Under the pieces are notes generated by a model that did no database searches, was not told where the DNA came from, and saw only the letters and a program-made list of their open reading frames with translations. 64,000 bases of DNA from Hemiscyllium ocellatum (taxonomy: Eukaryota): contig NW_026867900.1 in assembly GCF_020745735.1 (NCBI RefSeq), positions 1-64,000 on the forward strand. Direction: 5' to 3'. Below are positions 45,236 through 56,459 of this stretch, one piece after another. The stretch's first letter is position 1. Every line of letters begins with the position of its first letter. Both the position numbers and the translations under genes were made by a program.

Positions 45236-48200
45236 CAGATCCTGGTAGAACATCACCTGGTGCTGGTTACCTGGCAGCGGGTACACCGTGGTGGGGGTGA
45301 CAGAGCGGAGGTGCCAGAGAGAGAGGGCAGGACCCCCGCCACACACCTCCAGGAGAGAGAGAGAGAGAGACAAGGAGGAGAGGAGTGTCAAAACGTGTAA
45401 CACAGACAATTCTGAGAGAGCGGGAGCGAGGGAGCGAGAAGCCGGGACACACGGGCGGAGATACGCATGGCCCCCGACGCGCAGGGGGCGGAGATACGCA
45501 TGGCCCCCGACGCGCAGGGGGCGGAGATACGCATGGCCCCCGACGCGCAGGGGGCGGAGATACGCATCGCCCCCGACGCGCATCGTCCCCGACGCGCAGG
45601 GGGCGGAGATACGCATCGCCCCCGACGCGCATCGCCCCCGACGCGCAGGGGGCGGAGATACGCATCGCCCCCGACGCGCAGGGGGCGGAGATACGCATCG
45701 CCCCCGACGCGCAGGGGGCGGAGATACGCATCGCCCCCGACGCGCAGGGGGCGGAGATGCGCATCGCCCCCGACGCGCAGGGGGCGGAGATGCGCATCGC
45801 CCCCGACGCGCAGGGGGCGGAGATGCGCAGGGGGCGGAGATGCGCATCGCCCGAGATGCGCATCGCCCCCGACGCGCAGGGGGCGGAGATACGCATCGCC
45901 CCCGACGCGCAGGGGGCGGAGATACGCATCGCCCCCGACGCGCAGGGGGCGGAGATACGCATCGCCCCCGACGCGCAGGGGGCGGAGATACGCATCGCCC
46001 CCGACGCGCAGGGGGCGGAGATACGCATCGCCCCCGACGCGCAGGGGGCGGAGATACGCATCGCCCCCGACGCGCAGGGGGCGGAGATACGCATCGCCCC
46101 CGACGTGCATCGCCCCCGACGCGCAGGGGGCGGAGATGCGCATCGCCCCCGACGCGCAGGGGGCGGAGATGCGCATCGCCCCCGACGCGCATCGTCCCCG
46201 ACGCGCAGGGGCGGAGATACGCATGGCCCCCGACGCACAGGGGGCGGAGATACGCATGGCCCCCGACGCACAGGGATGGAGATACTCATCGTCCCCGACG
46301 TGCGGGGCGGGAAGAGATACACTCCCTGCCGACACGCAGGGGGAGCAATGCACTCCCCGCTCCACCCAAGACTCCCCGATGCGCGGGGGAGAGATACACT
46401 CCCCACTCCACCTGGGGCACAGGGGGAAGCGACACTCTCAGAGCTCCCCTGCCCCCTCCACTGCCTGTTGGACCCTCTTGCTGGTGCCCCGCCATCCCAG
46501 ACCCGCCCTGTTCTTCCCTCCCCACCCCGAAACTCACCAGCCAATTGGAATCCGTGCTGAGGCATCCGATCCACTTGCCATGGAGGGGTCTGGTGCATTC
46601 CTGAGGAAGGGAAGACAAAAACAGACGGGGGGAGGGGCTGTCAGACCAGAGTGACCGCATCCAGAGCGAGGGGAGGGGAGGGGAGGAACAAGGCTGACCG
46701 CACGATACCCGAGACGCCATCAGAGAGACCACTCTCCTACCTCATACTTGTACACCTCAATCACGTCAACCTCAGCTGCTGTGCGGAGATCTGAGGGGGG
46801 GGGGGGGGAAAAGAGACGCACAAACAGAAAGGATCATGGGAGGGACAACCACAGGGATTCACTCAGGAGATGTCAACCAACATGCCGCACCTCCCACAGC
46901 CAACGCGACAACTCCGCCCCGTTCCCTCCCGCTCTACACCGTCCCCCATGGACCCCAAACCCCTTCCCCATTCCCTCCCGCTCTACACCGTCCCCAATGG
47001 GACCCCAAACCCCTTCCCCGTTCCCTCCGCTCTACACCGTCCCCCATGGACCCCAAACCCCTTCCCCGTTCCCTCCGCTCTACACCGTCCCCCATGGACC
47101 CCAAACCCCTTCCCCGTTCCCTCCCGCTCTACACCGTCCCCCCTGGACCCCAAACCCCTTCCCCGTTCCCTCCCGCTCTACACCGTCCCCCATGGACCCC
47201 AAACCCCTTCCCCGTTCCCTCCCGCTCTACACCGTCCCCCATGGACCCCAAACCCCTTCCCCGTTCCCTCCCGCTCTACACCGTCCCCCATGGACCCCAA
47301 ACCCCTTCCCCGTTCCCTCCCGCTCTACACCGTCCCCGATGGACCCCAAACCCCTTCCCCGTTCCCTCCCGCTCTACACCGTCCCCGATGGACCCCAAAC
47401 CCCTTCCCCGTTCCCTCCCGCTCTACACCGTCCCCGATGGACCCCAAACCCCTTCCCCGTTGCCTCCCACCCAAGGTAAGGGTGGACCAGCTCTTACCCC
47501 ACAGCCGAACCGTGCCATCCTCACTCCCGGAGACACACTCCCTGTGCTGGTCCCTCAGAGCGAGGCAGTGAACGTAGTCCTTATGGCCCCGGAGTGTTTG
47601 CTGGTGAAGGGGGGGGGGGGGGGGAGAACGGAAGAGAGGGGATTGAGACAGACCGCAGGCATCAGGTTAGCAACTGTCCCCCTCCCCTTCCCTCAACGCT
47701 GACTCTGCCTCTCCCCTCCCTGACTCTAACCCTGAGTACCGCACTACACCAGGCCCTCACGGGCAGCAATGTTAGCACGAGGAGCTCAGCGGAGGCCACT
47801 CAGCCCCTCTCTCTCCAGCCTGTTACACAGGTACACGAGGCCACTCAGCCCCTCTCCCTCCTCCGGCCTGTTACACAGGGACAGGAGGCGGCCAATCAGG
47901 CAGCTCTCCCCTCCTGTCCCCGCCCTTGTTCTGGGGATTGAAGAGAGTGAGGAAACAGCCCAGTCAATATCCCCACCCACACTGTTCCCCTGACGCTGGG
48001 AGGGGGGGGGCAGGGGGGGTTTGAATGGGGGAGGGGGAACGCGGATTGGGGTGAGGGGTCAGCGCGGAGGCAGACTCACCGTGAAGACGCCATTCTCCAG
48101 ATCCATCACCTGAACAGAGTTATCCCCACAGGCCATCAGCAGAGTATTGTCCTGAAGGAGGGAGGGAGGGAGGGAGTCTGTCAGCAAGCGCGAACCACAC

Positions 48201-51188
48201 CGAGCAACGGCGCGACCACGGGACAGAGAGAGCGAGCACGGGACAGAGAGAGCGAGAGCGCGAACCACACCGAGCGAGGGAGCGAGCACGGGACAGAGAG
48301 AGCGAGCACGGGACAGAGAGAGCGAGAGCGCGAACCACACAGAGCGAGGGAGCGAGCACGGGACAGAGAGAGCGCGAACCACACAGAGCGAGGGAGCGAG
48401 CACGGCACAGAGAGAGCGAGAGCGCGAAGCACACAGAGCGAGGGAGCGAGCACGGGACAGAGAGAGCGAGAGCGCGAACCACACAGAGCGAGGGAGCGAG
48501 CACGGGACAGAGAGAGCGCGAACCACAGAGAGCGAGGGCGCAAGCACGGGACAGAGAGAGCGAGAGCATGAAAACGACAGAGCGGCAGTGCGATAGAGCG
48601 CGCGAGAGAGAGAGCGCGAGCACGCAAAAACGACAGAGCGCGAGACAGCGCGAGAGCGACAGCAAGAAAACGACAGAATGAGAGCGCGAGAGAGAAAACA
48701 AAAGAGAGAAAAAGACAGAGCAAGAGGGAGAGAGAGAGAGAAAAAAAATGACAGAGCGACAGTGAGAGAGAGAGAGAGAGAGGGAGAGAGAAAGCGACAG
48801 AGAGAGAGGGAAGAGAAAAAGAGAGAGAGAGGAGCACGCGGGCGCTGTTTGGGTGATTGTGGGGGGGGGGGGGGGGGAGACAGACACAGAGCGAGACACA
48901 CACAGACACTCTCTCTCTCTCTCTCTCTTTTACGAACACACACACACTGACATGATCGGGGGGGGGTCTCTCCCACCTTATGGTTCAGGATGAGACTGTT
49001 AATTTCGGGAATGTCCAAACGGGTCCTGAGGGAACAAAAGGAGAACAGGAAATCGGGAGGGTCCACACCGACACACCCGAGATGTTCGCTGCTCTAGCGC
49101 CGCGGTGTGTCAGTCCAGGCCTGACCAATACTGTGCCCCCAAGATGGTTCCAGACCCCAGAGCGGGAAGGACTGATGGCCCATGGGTTAACCCGGGGTAC
49201 GTGGGAGGGAATGGGAAGGGGTTTGGGGTCCCATCGGAGACGGTGTAGAGCGGGAGGGAACGGGGAAGGGGTTTGGGGTCCCATCGGGGACGGTGTAGAG
49301 CGGGAGGGAACGGGGAAGGGGTTTGGGGTCCATCGGGGACGGTGTAGAGCGGGAGGGAACGGGGAAGGGGTTTGGGGTCCCATTGGGGACGGTGTAGAGC
49401 GGGAGGGAACGGGGAAGGGGTTTGGGGTCCATCGGGGACGGTGTAGAGCGGGAGGGAACGGGGAAGGGGTTTGGGGTCCATCGGGGACGGTGTAGAGCGG
49501 GAGGGAACGGGGAAGGGGTTTGGATCTTGGAAGAAAATACAACACAAATCAAGCTTATAACTTATTTTTGTTACCCAAATGCAGGTCGACGACTCCAAGC
49601 CTCTTTGCATCCCTGAAATACAGAAATAGAAATCCAAATTCTCACTGTGTTAGATACACTGTCCTTTCCCCCCTCTCTCTCTCTGGGACCGGGGTGCGTT
49701 AGATACACTGTCCTTTCCCCCCCCTCTCTCTCTGGGACCGGGGTGTGTTAGATACACTGTCCTTTCCCCCCTCTCTCTCTCTGGGACCGGGGTGTGTTAG
49801 ATACACTGTCCTTTCCCCCCTCTCTCTCTCTGGGACCGGGGTGTGTTAGATACACTGTCCTTTCCCCTCTCTCTCTCTCTCTGGGACCGGGGTGTGTTAG
49901 ATACACTGTCCTTTCCCCCCTCTCTCTCTCTCTCTCTGGGACCGGGGTGTGTTAGATACACTGTCCTTTCCCCCCCCTCTCTCTCTGGGACCGGGGTGTG
50001 TTAGATACACTGTCCTTTCCCCCCTCTCTCTCTCTGGGACCGGGGTGTGTTAGATACACTGTCCTTTCCCCCCCCTCTCTCTCTGGGACCGGGGTGTGTT
50101 AGATACACTGTCCTTTCCCCCCTCTCTCTCTCTGGGACTGGGGTGTGTTAGAGACACTGTCCTTTCCCCCCTCTCTCTCTCTGGGACCGGGGTGTGTTAG
50201 ATACACTGTCCTTTCCCCCCCCTCTCTCTCTGGGACCGGGGTGTGTTAGATACACTGTCCTTTCCCCCCTCTCTCTCTCTGGGACCGGGGTGTGTTAGAT
50301 ACACTGTCCTTTCCCCCCCTCTCTCTCTCTGGGACCGGGGTGTGTTAGATACACTGTCCTTTCCCCCCTCTCTCTCTCTGGGACTGGGGTGTGTTAGAGA
50401 CACTGTCCTTTCCCCCCTCTCTCTCTCTGGGACCGGGGTGTGTTAGATACACTGTCCTTTCCCCCCCCTCTCTCTCTGGGACGGGGTGTGTTAGATACAC
50501 TGTCCTTTCCCCCCTCTCTCTCTCTGGGACTGGGGTGTGTTAGAGACACTGTCCTGGAGGATTGAGAGGCCCAGTCACCTTTTTGATGAGTTCATTCCAA
50601 TTCCATCCTTTAACGTCTCCAGTGCCAGAGCTGATGAGTTGCCGACTGGTGGATACCAGGCTGTAGACAGGACCATCGTGGGCTACAGGGAACATCACAG
50701 GGACAGCACCGGGTTAGATACAGGGTAAAGCTCCCCCTGCCCTGTCCCCACCCAGAGTTAAGCTCCCCCTGCCCTGTCCCCACCCAGAGTAAAGCTCCCC
50801 CTGCCCTGTCCCCACCCAGAGTAAAGCTCCCCCTGCCCTGTCCCCACCCAGAGTAAAGCTCCCCCTGCCCTGTCCCCACCCAGAGTAAAGCTCCCCCTGC
50901 CCTGTCCCCACCCAGAGTAAAGCTCCCCCTGCCCTGTCCCCACCAGAGTAAAGCTCCCCCTGCCCTGTCCCCACCAGAGTAAAGCTCCCTCTGCCCTGTC
51001 CCCCCCAGAGTAAAGCTCCCTCTACCCTGCTCCTTACCTTGGAAGGTAAATACCGGTTTCTGGTTTTCCTCAGTGGCGTCCATGCTGAGGGCGGATGCGA
51101 GGCTGAAGGGGGAGAGACCGGAGATGGTCATGTGACAGACAGAGGGTGGTCCGCGGGGGCTTACAGTTTAACCAGGGAGGGAGGGAGG

Positions 51189-51244
<56 letters not shown>

Positions 51245-54200
51245 ATTGCTCTCGGAGGAGAGGTTGAGAACGTGGGTAAGGCCGGGTCTGTTCAGCCTCG
51301 GGGAGACCGATCCGACAGAGACGCGTCCGATTCTGAGGGAGGGGTGGGGGGTGACGGCACGAGGTACCTGAAGATGCCGACCTCGCCATAGTTATTTCCA
51401 GCTGCCAGGTACCTCCCGCAGGGAGAGAAACTCTGGGAGAAGATGGTCATGTGTAGACACTCCAACTTCCTCTGGGTCTCCACCTGTTGGGAGGGGGAGC
51501 AGTTAGCCGAGGGAGAACCCTTTCAATCTCCCAACGTCAGGTCCACGCCTCACAAAATGGCTACACCCATCGCCGACCAGAGAGAATCCAACCATCGCCC
51601 CCTTGACGTTCAATGGCGTTACTGTCACTGAATCCCCCCTCCCCCCCACTATCAACAACCTGGGGGTTCCCATTGAGAGAGAATCCAACCATCGCCCCCT
51701 TGACGTTCAATGGCGTTACTGTCACTGAATCCCCCCTCCCCCCCACTATCAACAACCTGGGGGTTCCCATTGAGAGAGAATCTAACCATCGCCCCCTTGA
51801 CGTTCAATGGTGTTACCGTCACTGAATCCCCCCTCCCCCCCACTATCAACATCCTGGGGGTTCCCATTGAGAGAGAATCTAACCATCGCCCCCTTGACGT
51901 TCAATGGCGTTACCGTCACTGAATCCCCCCACCCCCCACTATCAACATCCTAGGGGTTCCCATTGAGAGAGAATCTAACCATCGCCCCCTTGATGTTCAA
52001 TGGTGTTACCGTCACTGAATCCCCCCTCCCCCCCACTATCAACATCCTGGGGGTTCCCATTGAGAGAGAATCTAACCATCGCCCCCTTGACGTTCAATGG
52101 CGTTACCGTCACTGAATCCCCCCTCCCCCCACTATCAACATCCTAGGGGTTCCCATTGAGAGAGAATCTAACCATCGCCCCCTTGATGTTCAATGGCGTT
52201 ACCGTCACTGAATCCCCCCTCCCCCCCCACTATCAACATCCTGGGGGTTCCCATTGAGAGAGAATCTAACCATCGCCCCCCCTTGACGTTCAATGGCGTT
52301 ACCGTCACTGAACCCCATGGAGGACAGACCCAGAGTACTCAACCGTGCCTCATAGACAAGTTCATTTCTGATGAAGGGCTCATGCCCGAAACATCGATTC
52401 TCCTGCTCCTGGTGACTGGCTGTGTTTTTCCAGCACCACACGGATCTCAGCGCCTCACTTGCCCACGTCCTACCTCCGGGATCGTTCTGATAAGCCACTC
52501 TCGCTAGTATCCTCACAAACGGATGAAGGGGGACACCACTTGGGCTGGGACAGAGACATCCACGGGGAAACCTTAGAGGCCTCGCATTCACTCCAAACCC
52601 ATCGGTTTGGAGCCCATTCTCTAACCGCTGAGAAACCGAACGGGAAAGGATCTCGCCCACCTGAACAGACCAGGACATAGAACAGTACAGCCCTCGATGT
52701 TGCGCCGACCTGTGAACTCGTCTAAGCCTGACACGATCCCATCATCATCCACGCGCTTATCCAAGGATTGTTTCAATCTCCCTAAAATGGTAGATAGGGC
52801 ATTCCACGCCCTAACCACTCTCTGAGTAAACAGCCTACCTCTGATATCTGTCTTAAATCTATCACCCCTCAATTTGCAGTTATGTCCCCCTCGTACAAGC
52901 TGGCGTCATCATCCTAGGAAAGAGACTTGCACTGTCCACCCTATCAAATCCTCTGATCATCTTGTATGTCTCTATCAGATCCCCTCTTCGCCTCCATCCC
53001 TCCAATGAAAACAGACCCAAGTCTCTCAGCTGACCCTCCTCAGACCTTCCCTCCAGACCAGGCAACGTCCCGGTCAATCTCATCTGCACCTTTTCCACAT
53101 CCTCCCTGTAATGGGGGCACCCAGAACCGTACACAATATTCCAAGTGTGTCCGCACTGGCGTTTTGGATAGTTGCAGCGTGACATTACGGCTCCGGACCT
53201 CAATCCCCTCGGCCGATAAAACCTAACACACCGTATGCCTTCTTAACAGCAATAGCAGGAGAAAGTGAGCTCTGCAGAGCAGAGCTGAAAAGGTGTTGCT
53301 GGGAAAGCGCAGCAGGTCAGGCAGCATCCAAGGAACAGGAGATTCTCCTGTTCCTTGGATGCTGCCTGACCTGCTGCGCTTTTCCAGCAACACATTTTCA
53401 GCTAACAGCACTATCAGCCTGGGTTGCAACCCTCAGGGATCTATGTACATGGACTCCAAGATCCCTCTGCACATCCACAATACCAAGAATCTTTGCATTG
53501 ACCCAGTACTCTACCTTCCTGTTATTCTTCCCAAAGTGAATCACCTCACATTTAGCTGCATTGAACTCCGTTTGCCACCCCACAGCCCAATAGCTAGAAA
53601 GTGGGACAGGAAACCAACGCTTCACCAGAGGCTCACTGATGATGTTACAAAACGTCTGAGCAAACTTAAAAACCTCTTATAGATCTCCTCTGGATCCCCT
53701 CCCCAAATCCCTGCTTGGATACGGTGACCAGGCTATTCAAAATGGGGTCTGACCAGAGCCCCCATACAGTCCTCAGCAGGGCTTCCCTGCTTTCGCATTC
53801 CAGCCCCCTCTCGCAATGAACGCCAACAACGCGTCTGCCACCCTCCCTGCCAACTGAACCAGAGGAGAATCTTGAACGAGGACCCCCAGGGTCCCCTCAA
53901 ACTTCCAAAGCCTTTCCCGGTTTCTGATCCAAACTGAGCATCCTCACGTTCTCCCATGCTACGTTCCACCTTTGCCCGCTCTCCCAGCCTGTCCAGGTCC
54001 CATCGTTCCACGTGGCTCTCTCAGCTCCACGGGGGACCCTCGCCAACTATAACAGGTGCACCATTAAGAGGGTACTCCACAAGTGCTCTGCCCAGGACTG
54101 TCAGAAACTACAGGAGATGGTGCGCACAGTCCAGACCCTTACAGAAGCCAATCTCCCATCCATGGACTTCACTGATGCTTCCTGTTGCTGTGGAAAGGCT

Positions 54201-55597
54201 ACCAACATCATCAAAGACCCCTCCCATCCCAGGAATGCTCTCCTACAATCTCTTCCATCAGGCAGAAGATACAGAAGCTTGAACACACATGCACCACCAG
54301 GCTCCATTATCACATTAAATCATCGAGTAAGAAGTGGGGTCTACAGATGCTGGAGATCAGAGCTGAAAACGTGTTGCTGGTTAAAGCACAGCAGGTCAGG
54401 CAGCATCCGAGGAACAGGAAATTCGACGTTTCGGGCCAGAGCCCTTCATCAGGCTCTGGCCCGAAACGTCGAATTTCCTGTTCCTTGGATGCTGCCTAAC
54501 CTGCTGTGCTTTAACCAGCAACACGTTTTCAGCTAACATTAAATCATGCCCAATATTACAGAATTGTGAAACTATATTAGCCCTTTGCTTCTAAACTTAC
54601 ATCAATTATGAATGATTAGGCTGGACCTCTAACCCGATCATAACATTTAAACTCAATATTATAGAATTATGACTTCACGATGACCATCTACATCTATTGG
54701 GAGAGTCGACGTTTCGGGCACGAGCGCTTCTTCAGGAATCATGCCCGAAACGTCGACTCTCCTGCTCCTCGGATGCTGCCTGACCTGCTGCGCTTTTCCA
54801 GCAACACATTTTTCAGCTCTGATCTCCAGCATCTGCAGTCCTCGCTTTCATCTACATCTGTCGTAACATTAAAGAATGCCAACGTTATAAAATTACAAAC
54901 CTATGCAGGCTCCGCAACTCCATTACTAGATTAAGACTCTCAAAATTATAGAATTATGACTGTCTGTTGACCCTTTAACTCTGTTATAACAATAATATCA
55001 TACCAATATTGTAAAACTATGAATATCTGTTGGTTAATTTAAAATATGCTCATTATTAGGTGAAATTATAAAACGTTGACTATTTGCTCCACCAAACTCT
55101 ATTATAATACATTGAAATATTCCAATATGTTGAAATTATGACATTGAATGGTTCTCCAACTGCATATTATAACATTAGCATCTGCAGTCCTCACTTTCAT
55201 CTACAACTATCGTAACATTAAAGAATGCCAACGTTATAAAATTACAAACCTATGCTGGCTCCGCAACTCTATTACTAGATTAAGACTCTCAAAATTATAG
55301 AATTATGACTGTCTGTTGACCCTTTAACTCTATTATAACAATAATATCATACCAATATTGCAAAACTATGAATATTTGCTGGTTAATTTAAAATATGCTC
55401 ATTATTAGGTGAAATTATAAAATGTTGACTATTTGCTCTGCCAAACTCTATTATAACACATTAAAATACTCCAATATGTTGAAATTGTGACATTGGAGGG
55501 CTCTCCAACTGCATATTATAACATTAATAAACATTCACTATCTCCCTATCCAATTTGGACCAATCAGTCATTCACTCTTTACCATGGGCGCCGCCAT
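45236..55597 (-). CDS. THOC6: THO complex subunit 6 (WD40); exons 55597-55583, 51483-51368, 51102-51038, 50682-50579, 49612-49575, 49025-48977, 48151-48080, 47600-47498, 46790-46741, 46600-46538, 45346-45236; C-terminal exons not visible
   Basis: In-phase GT-AG exons: [262 protein letters not shown]; colinear with human THOC6. Confidence 0.95.
45452..46305. repeat. 33-bp CpG-rich minisatellite (GACGCGCAGGGGGCGGAGATACGCATCGCCCCC)n in THOC6 intron 10
   Basis: Tandem units with internal inverted repeat GGGGGCG...CGCCCCC. Confidence 0.95.
46916..47462 (-). repeat. Minisatellite family B, inverted, in a THOC6 intron
   Basis: Same unit as 2368-3243. Confidence 0.95.
48185..48930. repeat. CpG/GA-rich minisatellite (ACAGAGCGAGGGAGCGAGCACGGGACAGAGAGAGCGCGAACCAC)n grading into (GA)n
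   Basis: Tandem units. Confidence 0.85.
49200..49523 (+). repeat. Minisatellite family B
   Basis: Same unit as 2368-3243. Confidence 0.95.
49646..50555 (-). repeat. Minisatellite family D, inverted, ~19 copies
   Basis: Reverse complement of the 24236 unit. Confidence 0.95.
50695..51030 (-). repeat. 32-bp minisatellite (AGAGTAAAGCTCCCCCTGCCCTGTCCCCACCC)n, sub-unit of family F
   Basis: Tandem units seeded by GGGACAGCACCGGGTTAGATACAGGGTAAAGCTCCC, the reverse complement of family F. Confidence 0.9.
51580..52312 (+). repeat. Minisatellite family E in THOC6 intron 1
   Basis: Same unit as 33500-34237. Confidence 0.95.
52364..52400 (+). ncRNA. Minimal hammerhead-ribozyme-like motif in a Penelope-type pLTR fragment (52360-52445)
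   Basis: CTGATGA-A-GGGC-TCAT-GCCC-GAAA-CATC-GATT: conserved core boxes with a 4-bp stem II; stem III palindrome ACGT mutated to ACAT. Confidence 0.6.
52675..54010 (-). mobile_element. CR1 LINE 3' fragment (52675-53595) plus a further decayed CR1/L2 piece (53650-54010)
   Basis: [65 protein letters not shown]. Confidence 0.88.
53252..53403. mobile_element. Fold-back Penelope-derived element nested in CR1, hammerhead centre deleted
   Basis: Near-perfect palindrome 53283-53403; flanked by duplicated AACAGCA. Confidence 0.75.
54040..54300 (+). mobile_element. Rex1/Babar-type LINE ORF C-terminal fragment
   Basis: [20 protein letters not shown]...[29 protein letters not shown] is characteristic of the Rex1 C-terminus. 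Confidence 0.75.
54324..54535. mobile_element. Fold-back Penelope-derived element with hammerhead core and 12-bp target-site duplication
   Basis: Palindrome 54361-54534; ACATTAAATCAT at 54312-54323 and 54536-54547. Confidence 0.8.
54421..54452 (-). ncRNA. Minimal hammerhead-ribozyme core (best-preserved copy)
   Basis: Minus strand CTGATGA-A-GGGC-TCTG-GCCC-GAA-ACGT-C-GAAT; the 5' arm of stem I is lost at the fold-back junction. Confidence 0.65.
54700..54855. mobile_element. Penelope-derived pLTR with a degenerate hammerhead on the minus strand (ATTC-CTGAAGA-A-GCGC-TCGT-GCCC-GAA-ACGT-C-GAC)
   Basis: Same family as 54324-54535. Confidence 0.7.
54828..55526. repeat. 349-bp AT-rich tandem duplication in THOC6 intron 1
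   Basis: 54828-55176 and 55177-55526 align with scattered substitutions. Confidence 0.92.
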
Positions 55598-56300
55598 CTT
55601 GGTTGCACATGCGCCCTTCCACCGATGACCACCCTGACCTTTGACCCACGCCTTGAGCTATTTCGTTTTTCTATCTATAAAAAAATAGATTTAAACAGGA
55701 GGATAAGCTGCTCCAAAGGAGTGCGAACGATGAAGATCGTTTTGAGTTAGAAAACAAAACGGGAATTGAGATAGGTTTTGTTGGCCGGGTGGGCGGGGCA
55801 ACCGCGCGATGGGTTCTGGGAACCCCCCGAGCAACGGCCGCTGTTAAAACAAATAAAAATCGCCAATTATATTCAATCGCCCTTTTCCCTCTTTTTAAAA
55901 GAGCAGGGAAAGCCAGAGCGCGGCCCCGAATTAATTTTTGAGGCTTTGCTCCCCCTAGGGCGACCGTTGCGACCTCTGGTTGACCCCGTCGCGGGGCTGA
56001 GGGGGGCGGGACGGTTCCTGTCGCGCCCGGGGCATGCCGGGCGTTGTAGTCCGCGGCGGGCCGGAAGTCCCGCCGGGCCCCACGTTGAGGAGCGGGGGCG
56101 GGAGACTACAAGCGCCATGGCGGCCGCGGGGGGGGGAAGAAGGCGAAGAAGACGGCCGCCATCTTGGTGCTGCCTCCCGTCGCTCGGACGGGGTTTGGCG
56201 GCTTCTCCTGGCGCTCGGGGAGGCGGGAGTTTGCGGCAGACGATCGAGTGGGGGGGCGGGGGAGGTTTACGTCGATCGACGGGAGGCCTGAAGCTTGAAG
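55590..56300. promoter_or_regulatory. Bidirectional CpG-island promoter, THOC6 (-) / MMGT1 (+)
   Basis: YY1-type GCCATCTTG at ~55593 and ~56158, inverted ACTACAA motifs (~56044, ~56105), ETS CCGGAAGT (~56061), GC boxes; the MMGT1 ATG exon has an acceptor at 59820-59821 and so needs an upstream UTR exon. Confidence 0.7.
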
Positions 56301-56459
56301 GTGCAATGTTTTGTGAGGGGGTGGGGGTTGGTGAGGGTGGGGGGTGTGGGGGCTGTTGGAAAACCCTCCCCATGGTCGGCATTGCATTGAGCCCAATGTT
56401 GGGGGTCAAACGGTGGGCCGTCAGGAGGTGGGTAGGGTCCCCCAAGGTGACCCGCGTCG

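Noticed and set aside
44309-46654. 400-627 aa ORFs on both strands
   Set aside because: Produced by the 33-bp repeat and the N-gap; only the embedded THOC6 exons are real
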